The notes under the pieces: generated by a model | Database searches by the model: none | Told to the model about the DNA's origin: nothing | What the model saw: only the letters and a program-made list of their open reading frames with translations | Assembly: GCF_044704955.1 (NCBI RefSeq) | Contig: NC_091980.1 | Coordinates: forward strand, 50,964,001 to 51,028,000 | Length of the DNA: 64,000 bases | Source: Pristiophorus japonicus | Lineage: Eukaryota | Direction of reading: 5' to 3' | Part shown: one piece after another, positions 51,650 to 63,142 of the stretch | Layout of the letters: each line of letters begins with the position of its first letter | How positions within the stretch are numbered: the stretch's first letter is position 1 | Position numbers and translations under genes: made by a program

Positions 51650-52194
51650 TCATGCCATGGGACTGAAGTGTAGCTAATGTGATACCCTTGCTCAAGAAAG
51701 ATAAACTGGATAACTATAGATTAGGTAGTCTAATGCCAGCTGTTGACATACACACACAATCCATAGTACAAGATAAAACTAGCAAGCATTTAGAAATGAC
51801 CACCAGCATGGATTTGTTAAATGCAAGTCATATTTGACAACTTTAACATGGAATGCAGTAGATGCAGGGTATATGGATTTCCAAAAGATGTTCGATAAGG
51901 TGTCTCACAAGAGGATTGTTAGCAAAATTCAGGTGTATGGTATAACTTGGTATGCTATAGACTTGTTAGCAAAATTGAAGCTCATGAGATTAAAGAGCCA
52001 GTTGCAGTGTGGATATGAAATGGGCTAAGGAGCAGAAAGCAAAGAGTAGTGGTGAATGGTTGTTTTTCAGACTGTAGGAAAGTACACAGTGATGTTCCCC
52101 AGGGATTGTTATTAGAACCACTCATCTTTTTGATATAAATTAATGACCTGGACTTGGGTATACAGGGCATAATTTCAACGTTTACAGTTGACAT
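51650..52194 (+). mobile_element. Degraded CR1 RT fragment
   Basis: YMDFQKMFDKVSH and a VPQG-like block. Confidence 0.75.
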
Positions 52195-55100
52195 GAATTT
52201 TCCCCAGCACTGGGTGCCGTTTTTTCGGTGCCCAGTGACTTTTTTGGCGTTGAAGATCAGTTTAAAGATTCGCCAATGTTAGTGCGCCGGCATCTACTAC
52301 CAATGCCAGAATGTTTGGCGCCAAACATTCTGGCGCTGGTGTACCTGAAAAGAAGGCTTCCGCGCCATTTCTGGGTATAGGGCCACCTTTCCTCCCGAAA
52401 TACAGCTTTAGAACTGGTGTACAGACCCTCCAAGCACCGTAGGAAAAACCCTTCCCTTCACTTACAGAAATCCATGCTGGCCCGCTCCTATCCCTGGCCG
52501 AATGGACTCCCTGACTCTTAATTTAAGTTTTAGCAAAATTAAAAATTCAACAGGAGCAACTCTGAGTAAAAAAAATAATGTCAAATCTAAACTTACTAAA
52601 AATGCTGCTCCTTCGATATTGTGTATAATCAGGCCATACTATTGAAGAAAATTTAAAAAAAATGTTTCCAGTGTTATGTCTCTGGGTCCAAAAATCTTCT
52701 AAGAAAGTTCCAACCAAGGTAATCCAACAGTTTCCAGAATCTTCGTAGACATTCACCAGGTTTTCAAAGCAGTCTTCTCTTCACTGCACAATAAGGGTAG
52801 CCTTCTACCCTTTCTCGATGTCGACTGCAGCTGCTGCTAGCCCCTGGCTGAAGGTCCTCCACCCATGTGGTCTGCTGCTATCCCAGGCCGAAGGTCTGCA
52901 CACAAAGGACACTGCAAGACACTCCAGGTTCATAGGGAAGCAGCAGTGATTTCTAATAAAGGTGGAACATTACATTGTATTAACAGATTTGTGGTGGGAT
53001 TATTTTTTATGTTTTTATGGAGTATTGGAGTGCTTGGGTGGACATTACATTATGTTAAACCTTCCCACCACAAATCTTGAATGTTTAACTGGAGTTTGGG
53101 TGTGTTGGAGTGCTTAGGTGGACAATAAGACTAAGTTGTTCATGGATCTAGACTGGGTGAAGGTCACTGATATATGCACCATGGTTCTTCGTTGGGGTAC
53201 TGAGGGAATGACCAGCCATGATCTTATTGAATGATGGTGCAGGCTCGAAGGGCCGAATGGCCTACTCCTGCACCTATTTTCTATGTTGCATGCATCAGAG
53301 ACCAGAACAAAGCAGGATCCATGAACACCTTAGCACTGGAACCTGCCCCTGTATCATTTAAACCAATAGGTTGCAAGGGATGAGGCCATTTTACATGTTC
53401 AGTCTGGTTATCCTGTAATATTTATTAGTGCAGCATTAAAAAATGAAGTGCAGGAGTCAGGTTTAAAAAGTCCAAAATTAAAATGTTTATTAAACATTTG
53501 TACAGCACAGTTGTAATTAGCGTTACTTTACTTTCCTTAAACCTTCATAACTTTAAAAACTTTATTCAAGACTGTGGCAAACTTTACAAAGAACAATCAA
53601 CTAAAGCAACCAAAACACAAAAGACATCTATCCTCCTCCTTAGCGCTGTGCGCCACTCCTGCCCCAGTAGATGCCGTTACGCCTGCATGTGCCCGTAGTT
53701 GCAGACTTCTGCTTCCTTCCCCCCCCGTACCCCCAGGTGTAATCTGTTCCTTTTCCAGCACAGCGTTTCTTGTTGCTGGGCTACAACAGAGACAGAGCCA
53801 AAATGTAACATAGTGGAATGCCCGGGTTCCTCTTTGTAGTCAACCTCAATATCAACTCTTGAATTTGGTACAGAATGGATAGCACTCCTCGCATTAAGGA
53901 CAGCCTGAGTGAGATCACCTATTGCCGATACTACTTCATTGAACCATCCCGAAAGTCTTTCAACCTGTAATGACAGTCCCCCCTACTCTGCCATCACCCC
54001 ACCAAAGGCTTCCAGGAGCAATCGAGATTGTTGGATGTTCTCTCCGCTCATCCCCACAAGATAGAAACATAGAAACATAGAAAATAAGTGCAGGAGTAGG
54101 CCATTCGGCCCATCGAGCCTGCACCACCATTCAATAAGATCATGGCTGATCATTCACCTCAGAACCTCATATCCCTTGATCCCTTTAGCCATAAGAGCCA
54201 TATCTAACTCCCCCCTGAATATATCCAATGAACTGGCATCAACAACTCTCTGCGGTAGGGAATTCCACAGGTTAACAACTCTCTGAGTGAAGAAGTTTCT
54301 CCTCATCTCAGTCCTAAAGGCTTACCCCTTATCCTTAGACTATGTCCACTGGTTCTGGACTTCCCCAACACCGGGAACATTCTTCCTGCATCTAACCTGT
54401 CTAAACCCGTCAGAATTTTATATGTTTCTATGAGATCCCCTCTCGTCCTTCTAAACTCCAGTGAATACTGGCCCAGTCAATCCAGTCTCTCCTTATATGT
54501 CAGTCCTGCCATCCCGGGAATCAGTCTGGTGAACCTTCGCTGCACTCTCTCAATAGCAAAATCGTCCTTCCTCAGATTAGGGGACCAAAACTGAACACAA
54601 TATTCCAGGTGAGGCCTCACTAAGGTCCTGTACAACTGCAGTAAGACTTCCCTGCTCCTATATTCAAATTCCCTAGCTATGAATGGTGCGGTTCAACCTC
54701 AGAGGCTGACCAGGAAGTGGGTTGCAGTCAGAGGAAGTATATGATATTAACACCCGTGAGTTCTCATATGATATTAACACCCATGACTTCTAGTTTATGA
54801 TATTAACACCTGTGAGTTCTAGTTTGATATTAACACCTGTGAGTTCTAGTATATGATATTAACACCTATGAGTTCTAGTATATGATATTACCATAAATTT
54901 AAGTGTATGATACTAATATTCATGAATTCAAGTATATATTAACACCCGTGTGTTCTAGTTTATGATATTAACACCCGTGATTTATAGTGTATGATATTAA
55001 CACCCATGAGTTCTAGTGGTGCTGCAGCGTTGAACAGAGTTTTTCTAAGTGTAGCAATAGTGGTGCATTTTCCGTACACAAATCCCTTCCTACTGACGTA

Positions 55101-57000
55101 ATAGCGCAACCAAGTTTCACTCTTCCTTCAGATGGGCTACTGTGAACATGCTTCTGTCACTGGCAGCCCTAAGGACAATCCTCTTCAGTCAAATGCAAAC
55201 AACCATACAAATTTGATGTCTTATTATTGTGTACCTACTGTGTACATAGATGTCCTATGTTCTCAGAATCCGGTGTTTCTGCATTAGGTCTGGAGTTCGC
55301 CCTCCTACGATGTCTCTCAAGTGTGGCTTGCTGCGACACACTTGTACCCGCAGCCTCAGCCGTCACACCGAGAAAACTCCTCTCGTTTGATTCACTCTTG
55401 AAAGGACTTGGAATCCTCATGGGGTTTAGCACCTCCAAGTCCAGGTTAATAATCTCATCATCTATGACTTGCTGCCCATCATTCTCCTGAGTTGGAATAT
55501 CTGATGTGCCATTTTCTTGAACATTCTCTCCTTCAACTTCAGGTGCACTTTCTGTCTCCTCCTGATGCTCAACCTCTGCGAAACAAAAGATAGATGCTTG
55601 GTTAGCAGCATTGAGGAAGGAGAAGTGTAGGAAGCACACACAGTACGTAACATTTAGCCAACCCAGACTATGCAATTTGCAGGGCTTACCCTTGAATGGA
55701 AAACTGGGCCCTGCTTCCGCGTTGATTGTTGGTCATCTTCTGTGTCATTTAATCATTGATGCTATCCTCTGCTCTATGGCTGTTAGTTGCAGCCTATTTG
55801 GCGGACCTCCTCCATTTATGACCATTCTCGGTTGATCGATGACACCATCTTCTGCAAAGATGAAAATGGAACTTTTTAAGAGAGGGTCCTTCTGAACACA
55901 CATGCACACATTTACATAAGAACATAAGAAATAGGAACAGGAGTAGGCCATACTGCCCCTCGAGCCTGCTCCGCCATTCAATAAGATGACTGATTTGATC
56001 ATGGACTCAGCTTCACTTCCCCGCCCGCTCCCCATAACCCCTTATCCACTTATCATTTAAGAAACTGTCTATTTCTGTCTTAAATTTATTCAATGTCCCA
56101 GCTTCCACAGCTCTCTGAGGGAGCGAATTCCACACATTTACAACCCTCAGAGAAGAAATTTCTCCTCATCTCTCTTTTAAATGGGCAGCCCTTTATTCTA
56201 AGATCGTGACCTCTAGTTCTAATCTCCCCCATCAGTGGAAACGTCCTCTCTGCATCCACCTTGTCGAGCCCCCTGATAATCTTATACATTTCGATAAGAT
56301 CACCTCTCATTCTTCTGAATTCCAATGAGTAGAGGCCCAACCTACTCAACCTTTCCTCATAAGTCAACCCCCTCATTCCCGAAATCAACCTAGTGAACCT
56401 TCTCTGAACTGCCTCCAAAGCAAGTATATCCTTTCGTAAATATGGAAACCAAAACTGCACGCAATAAAGATGTTATTGCAGTGAATAAGTATACATAAAC
56501 TTACATTATATTTTAAAGCCCAAATAAATGTATTACTTACAGTCACTGCTTGTCCGAGGTCCTGCCACTTCTTTTTCAGCTGCGCACCAGTTCTCGGGGT
56601 CATGGACATTCCATTAAACTCGACTGCAACCTGGTCCCAAACTTTTGCGAGTGCAGACGGTTTAAGCTTATTTTTACTGAAGCTTCCCTTGTTCTCGAAC
56701 TCCCCATCTACTCTCGATTAAGTTTAGCAGGGGTTCAATTTCTTCCACAAGAAATCTCTTCATCCTTACGGTTTCCCCTTCTCTGTCTCTGGCCCTTTCG
56801 CCTTCTCTGCGCCCTTCCATTGCAGCCATCTCGTGATCAGAGCTGTATTTCCTACCTGCAAATCCACCTCTGTCACCAATGGATTCTCAATGGTGGTCCA
56901 CACAGTCCCCACACGTGCTGTTTTTTTAAAAATTCTTTGTACTGCACATGCGCAGTGGGTTTAAAATTTAAAAAAAAATTTTTGCACCTGCACGGCGCCC
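52195..57000 (-). mobile_element. Harbinger-like element with a decayed spliced Myb/SANT gene, interrupted by CR1 fragments (53190-53287, 54060-54683, 55913-56462) and a minisatellite
   Basis: PRTGAQLKKKWQDL...VT|gtaag at ~56540-56609, NGGGPPNRLQLTAIEQRIASMI at ~55750-55830, and an acidic exon at ~55240-55575. Boundaries approximate. Confidence 0.62.
54739..55017. repeat. Minisatellite, ~10 copies of a ~29-30 bp unit (TATGATATTAACACCYRTGAGTTCTAGTD)
   Basis: Direct tandem copies with two degenerate central units and no unique spacers. Confidence 0.9.
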
Positions 57001-57880
57001 TGTAAGTGATTTTGCCCCTGGTGATTTTGAATCATCCCTCTTAACAATAGTTCTAGACACTGGAATTATAGTCGTGAACAATAATATACAGTCATAGATA
57101 GATCTTCTCAGTCTTACCATCTCAATGCTTTTATTCAAGTTAAAACATACCTGCACCCAGTAAAAAAACACTCTGGTAGTGTAATACAAGCAAACACAGT
57201 ACAACACACAGTCTGGCCTGTCTAAATGACCCCTAACACTAAGTATCTATGTCTAAACCACCCCTGCTCAGATTCAAAATTGCACCACTGAAATCTATCC
57301 AACAGAATGTGTGTATGCTTATGATCCTTGCAAAAACCTCCCAACTAAAACCCCTAAGGCTTGGTTGGGACACACGACACCCTTTCACACTATGCAGTGG
57401 TTTAAAGATGCGTGGGCTGGGATAAATGCTCACCAATTAACCCTCTGGCTTACTCGCTGCTTCTCCCGATGAGGTGTATCTTGTGGGTCTTCAAGTCCAA
57501 TCTAAAGGTCAGCTTCCCAGTTGAAGTAGCAAGGCTCTCTGGTGTTTCTTCTCTCCACCCCAGATGGAGTGCTTAGTCCTTGTGCGTTGCAAGCAGGCAT
57601 AGAAGAGGGGAATAAGAGAGTGAGATGGCAGCCAAAATTGCTTCTCTTATACTTGCAAAAATGATAATTTTCGTACCAAAAATCCAACTGTCCTTCCCAC
57701 CTGAGGCTGTGCAACTGAAAAGCAAACTCAAGTCTGTGCCTGTTCCTTTGTCGTCTGTGCTGTACCTCGATGTGTGGCTCCGATGAGTTTGTGGTCAAAT
57801 AGCTTTCCTTTGTCTTTCGATGGCCTGAAACCCCGGCCACTTTACTTAATGTCTCACTGATGGGTTCCCATTCCATAACA
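57001..57880 (-). mobile_element. Possible solo LTR
   Basis: TGTAA...TAACA termini. On the minus strand a TATAA (~57650) precedes AATAAA (~57130). No TSD found. Confidence 0.4.
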
Positions 57881-58314
57881 AAAGGCGCCCATCAACCATG
57901 ATGTTCCTGCTTTCAGCCATTCTCATTCCCGCTCAGCTAATGTGTATTCAAGTTAAACATGTTTGGACCTGCCCCAGCCAGCCCTTCTGCTGTACAGAGA
58001 ATATAGTAGCAATGTCCAAAAAGTGTTTGCATTGAAATCTTATAGTCGCCCCTATGATATTTAAAGAATCCTTCTGGAATATTAAACGTCTGCTTGTGAA
58101 AACACGTCGTGGTCTCCAATCAACCCTATATACTTTACGCTTAAACACCCCGAATACATCCCTTAAAATACAACACGAAACACATTCATATAACATATTT
58201 ACAGAGAAAAACATTCAGGTTCAACCTTTAACCAAGGCCTCCCACCGACTTCAGAGCGCCTTGTTTTGCCTTTTGCAAGTCAGCCGCAACAAATACATCA
58301 CAATGAGAAACTGT

Positions 58315-61300
58315 GGGCTAGACTTTCCACTAGGTGGCTAAGGCCCCAAAAAATGGGCCTTATTCCAGCGATGTGTGATGTATCGCCCATGCTGATTGCC
58401 GGCATAAGGCCCATTATTTTTTTTGCAATTTTCCACTCGACTTTACCACAGCGATATCAAATGGGCGATCTGATTTCTCAGTGATCTCACGATCGCCCAA
58501 AAAAAGAGGAAGTGAAACGGAAGTCCAAAAAAAAAACTTCCCTAGCAACGATATTGTGCGCATGTGTGGGATGTTTTTTTTTGGATCGATTTTTTTTGCC
58601 GCGTTTGGAGAGTTCATGGGTCATCGCGCATGCTCAGAAGAAAAGGGAGGGTTGGTGAGAGCGGGAAAGAGGAGTTCATCGGTAGATTGTTATCAGTTAT
58701 CATTACAGATGTTTCAGCAATGGCCATGTCGAATCAAAATCCAAATGAAAGTGAAAGAAGGGCCAAAGCCTTCAGTGAGGAGGCTAATGAAGCACTAGTC
58801 CATGTTGTATCAACAAGGTGGGAGGATTTGACACGGGGTGGCCTTGGGAAACCTTCACCCCGTGCTTGCAGGCGGATCTGGCAGGAGATTGCCGATGTGG
58901 TGACATCGGCATCCCATGAGGTGCGGACGTCTGACCAGTGCCGCAAGAGGTGGAACAGCCTCCTGGCAGCTGCCAGAGTAAGTTTGATTCTACTATGTAT
59001 TTAAAACATATAAACAACTCGTGTTTATAAATTATTATGCATTATTTACTTGATGTTTATTAATTGCAAAAAAATTCCTCAATTTTAATTATTTATAATG
59101 TGAAGTTCAAAAACTACATTAAATGAAAAAAAATTACATTACCAATTACATTTATTCACCCTAACACTAAGTTGCATGTTATAATATAAAAAATTATTCA
59201 CATGCAGCCACCATAGTAAGTTGCACTGTAATATTTAAATAAATATTTTAAATATATTTAAAAGATATTTAAAAGTCATTTAAAATCATACGTACATATG
59301 TATTGTATACTTACTGTGTATAATTAGAATAATAATTATTCATATGCAATACGAGGTTACATAATAATGGAACATTTAAATCAGTCTTCAATGTTTATTG
59401 TCAGGAAAGGTAGCTTATGCTATGCAATGTTAAATTATCATTTGCAGAAAAATATAAGTTTAAACCATGTGGAGCAAAGGAGGATGGGTGGCGGCCCTGT
59501 GGCAGTGCACATTCTCAATCCATATGAGGAGCTTGCGGTGGCCTTCGTATTGCATATGAATAATTATTATTCTAATTATACACAGTAAGTATACAATACA
59601 TATGTACGTATGATTTTAAATGACCTTTAAATATCTTTTAAATATATTTTAAATATTACAATTTAAAAAAAATATTAATATATTTAAATATTACAATGCA
59701 ACTTACTATGGTGGCTGCATGTGAATGAAAGCGGTTACGACGCGTGGCATGGCTGAGCCCACCCTTGAGCCTGGTGAGTAATGCGGAATGTGCAAATTAT
59801 CAAACATTACTAATAACATACGCGAAATGTCGTAGTTACGCATTTGTTATGCAATTACAATTCATTAGTTCAGATGTAGTCTGATCTATGAGTGAGGTCA
59901 TGTTAACGCTGATGAACCCTTGTGCATTTGTGGTTTTGCAAAGTATTGCAATGTTTTGCATTACATTGGAATTATTGATATTGAAATATTGAAATATATT
60001 GATATGTATTGTTATGAGTTGTTTAGAAATTTCATTCATCTTTCTCGGGTGAAGTGTCCGTTGAACACTGTTCTGTGCCACTCGCAGAGCCTGGTTCTAA
60101 CAGCTCACAGGAGGGTGAGATGGCGGAGGAGGAGAAGGAGAATGATTTTTTGTGAGGGGAGTGAACAACCTATGGTTGAGATGGAAGAAGCACCGGGACT
60201 AAGTGGTGTGCAGGTGGCGATGCCAAGGCGTGTCATATTGCAAATGCTGACCCCACGGAGGTCCGGTCAGCGCGGCGAGCAATTGCCTATCTTGGAGGGC
60301 CAGACAGAGAGCTTGATTTCCCTGTGCAGGGAGACGGTCGCAATTGGTCGCGACCTTATCCAGGGGTTCGCAGGATTCTTTGCGAACTGGAGCCAGTTCT
60401 CTGCGAACTGGAGCCAGTTTCCAGCATCCTGGAGCGAGTTCTGCACGAACTTCTTGAACTGGTCTTCTGAGCAGTCACAGACTGCAAGGGAGACCTTGGA
60501 GGCTATTTGGCAGCAGACAGCCGTAAGCAATGCCCTACGGCATGCATTGCTGGCTGAACACGGCGCTGCACCTCACGATGTCGTGTCTGCTCACAGCGAG
60601 ATCCCTAACACGCAAGCGAGTACGGAGGACACAGGCTTCCGCTTCTGCTCTGTCACCTCTACCACGGCAGGAAATCTTGCTGTCCCAGTCTGCACGATGT
60701 CTTGGTGTTGGTCTGCGTAGACCAAAATGGGCGAGTGGGGTGTGAACATGGGGTGGAGCTGGACCTGGAGGGAAACGTGGCCGCAGGTAGGGAGGGGTGC
60801 GTTTTTTCACAGTTTGTTTAGTTGTTCTTGTTCCTGTTTTGTTAGTTTTGTTTGTTGTTATTGGTTAATTGTTAATTGCTAAGATTTTGTATTTGAGGGA
60901 AGGGTGGGTTGATGTGGGGGGGTGGCGGGGTTGGAGAGATAGTTTTTCAATTTTTATTTGCGTTTTTGTTAATAAAAAAAACACTTCTTTAATTCAATAA
61001 ATTGTGGTGTCTTCTCTCTTAGTTAGTTACCAACTATATAGATGTTATTCCATATCTGAGCATTCTATTAATATACAAGTACTTTAGTAACACCGTCTAA
61101 TAAATTCTATTATATAAAACCTATTCACTAAAAACAATAATACCTATCTGAAAAATTATAGCGCTCATCCTCATTAAATTCTATTATATAAAACCTAATG
61201 ATATAAAACCAAACGTAATGATAACTGTATGAAAACTTACAGCTCTCAGTAAATTATACTATATAAAACCTATTTAATAAAAATAACGTAATAATACCTA

Positions 61301-61677
61301 TTTATATTCCCTGTCTCAATATTCTGAGTACAACTACCTCTCTAATTAAATCACAACTAATCCTCTACCCTTCCATTGAAGTCCGTAGTGCCCATTTTCC
61401 TTCTCTGAGGTCCAGAAAAAGCAACTATTTCTCAGCACTGTTTTGGACCTTACATCGGCCCAGCGAAGTGCTAGTTAGGTGCTGAAACTTGGGATGGGCC
61501 TTGTGTGGGCTATAATTTCGGCGATCTTCTCGGCGATCAAAGTGGAAACTTAGGCACCTGTTTTTCGGGCGATATTTTGGGCCTAGTTTCCACTTTTTGT
61601 TCAAAATGGGCGATAGAAGTCCGTTTTGGGCCATATATGGGTCATAACTGGCCGATGTGAAGTGGAAAATCTAGCCC
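58315..61677 (+). mobile_element. Non-autonomous Harbinger-like transposon with both ends intact (3.36 kb)
   Basis: 17-bp TIRs GGGCTAGACTTTCCACT and AGTGGAAAATCTAGCCC (1 mismatch), perfect 3-bp TSD TGT (58312-58314 and 61678-61680), and a Myb/SANT gene inside. Confidence 0.85.
58720..60790 (+). pseudogene. Three-exon Myb/SANT-like DNA-binding protein gene of the Harbinger element (disrupted)
   Basis: Exon 1 58720-58977 RAKAFSEEANEALV...WQEIADVV...RTSDQCRKRWNSL|gtaagt. Exon 2 59448-59773 RRMGGGP...LNPYEE, interrupted. Exon 3 from 60088, acidic then helical, with frameshifts. Confidence 0.78.
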
Positions 61678-61845
61678 TGTATAATTACAAGAGCCTGCGA
61701 ACAAATCTGGACCCGTGGAGGAACTTCCACATTCAAACCAAGGTCCCACCAGGGCGTGGAATTTATCCCTTTAATTTCCTCCCCTATTTTCTGGTTTGTC
61801 TGTTCCAATGTAAAATAATGTTTCTGCAAGAGCTCAACGGCTTTT

Positions 61846-63112
61846 AAGAATATAAGAACATAAGAAATAGGAACATACGACCCCTCGAGCCTGCTCTGCC
61901 ATTTAATAAGATCATGGCTGATCTGATCATGGACTCAGCTCCACTTTCCCGCCCGCTCTCCATAACCCATTCTCTCCTTATCTATTTCTGTCTTAAATTT
62001 ATTCAATGTCCCAGAATCCACAACTCTCTGAGGCAGCAAATTCCACAGATTTACAAACCCTTAGAGAAGAAATTGCTCCTCATCTCAGTTTTAAATGAAC
62101 AGCCCCGTATTCTAAGATCATGCCCACTAGTTCTAGTCTCCCCCATCAGTGGAAACATCCTCTCTGCATCCACCTTGTCAAGCCCCCTCATAATCTTATA
62201 CGTTTCGATAAGATCACTTCTCATTCTTCTGAATTCCAATGAGTAGAGGCCCAACCTGTTATGTATGCAACCCTAGGTAACCTGTATCATACCGCCACCA
62301 GAGGACATATCTGTTGGAGTCCCAAGGGATCCCAGCATCCCTTGGGAACACTGTATATAAGCAGGCCTCCCACACTGTACCAGCACTCTGGAGTTTGAAT
62401 AAAGGAGCTAAGGTCACACTTACTCATGTCTACAGTACTCAGTTATTTTATTATGAGCTTAACACAACATACTCAACCTTTCCTCAAAAGTCAACTCCCT
62501 CATCCCTGGAATCACCACAGTGAACCTTCTCTGAACTGTCTCCAAAGCAAGTATATCCTTTTGTAAATATAGAAACCAGTACTGCACGCAGTATTCCAGG
62601 TGTGGCCTCACCAATACCTTATATAGCTGTAGCAAGACTTCCCCGCTTTTATACTCCATCCCCTTTGCAATAAAGGCCAAGATACCATTGACCTTCCTGA
62701 TCACTTGCTATACCTGCATACTAACCTTTGTGTTGCATGCACAAGTACCCCCAGGTCCCACTCGTACTGCAGCACTTTGCAATCTTTCTCCATTTAAATA
62801 ATAACTTCTTTGATTTTTTTTCTGCCAAAATGCATGACCTCACACTTTCCAACATTATACTCCATCTGCCAAATTTTTGTCCACTCACTTAGCTTGTCTA
62901 TGTCCTTTTGCAGATATTTTGTGTCCTCCTCACATTGCTTTTCCTCCCATCTTTGTATCGTCAGGAAACTTGGCTACGTTACACTCAGTATCTTCTTCCA
63001 AGTCGTTAATATAGATTATAAATAGTTGGGGTCCCAGCACTGATCCCTGTGGCACCCCACTAGTTACTGGTTGCCAACCAGAGAATTAACCATTGATCAC
63101 GACTCTCTGTTC
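61846..63112 (-). mobile_element. CR1 3' fragment interrupted by a solo LTR
   Basis: TAAGAACATAAGAAATAGG tail, RPHLEYCVQYW, LYSLEFRRMR. Confidence 0.9.
62257..62464 (+). mobile_element. Gypsy solo LTR (208 bp), related to the LTR at 38134-38341
   Basis: TGTTA...TAACA termini, TSD CAACC/CAACA, TATATAA then AATAAA, and a shared CCCAAGGGAT-N6-ATCCCTTGGG hairpin. Confidence 0.85.
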
Positions 63113-63142
63113 TCTTTATTTATTATTTATTATTTATTATTA

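Noticed and set aside
52760-53130. Harbinger transposase remnant on the + strand
   Set aside because: Only a vague GGTL resemblance, with no DDE motifs or CC-LHN motif.
54739-55017. CRISPR-like array
   Set aside because: The units are contiguous with no unique spacers, there are no cas genes, and the context is vertebrate. It is a minisatellite.
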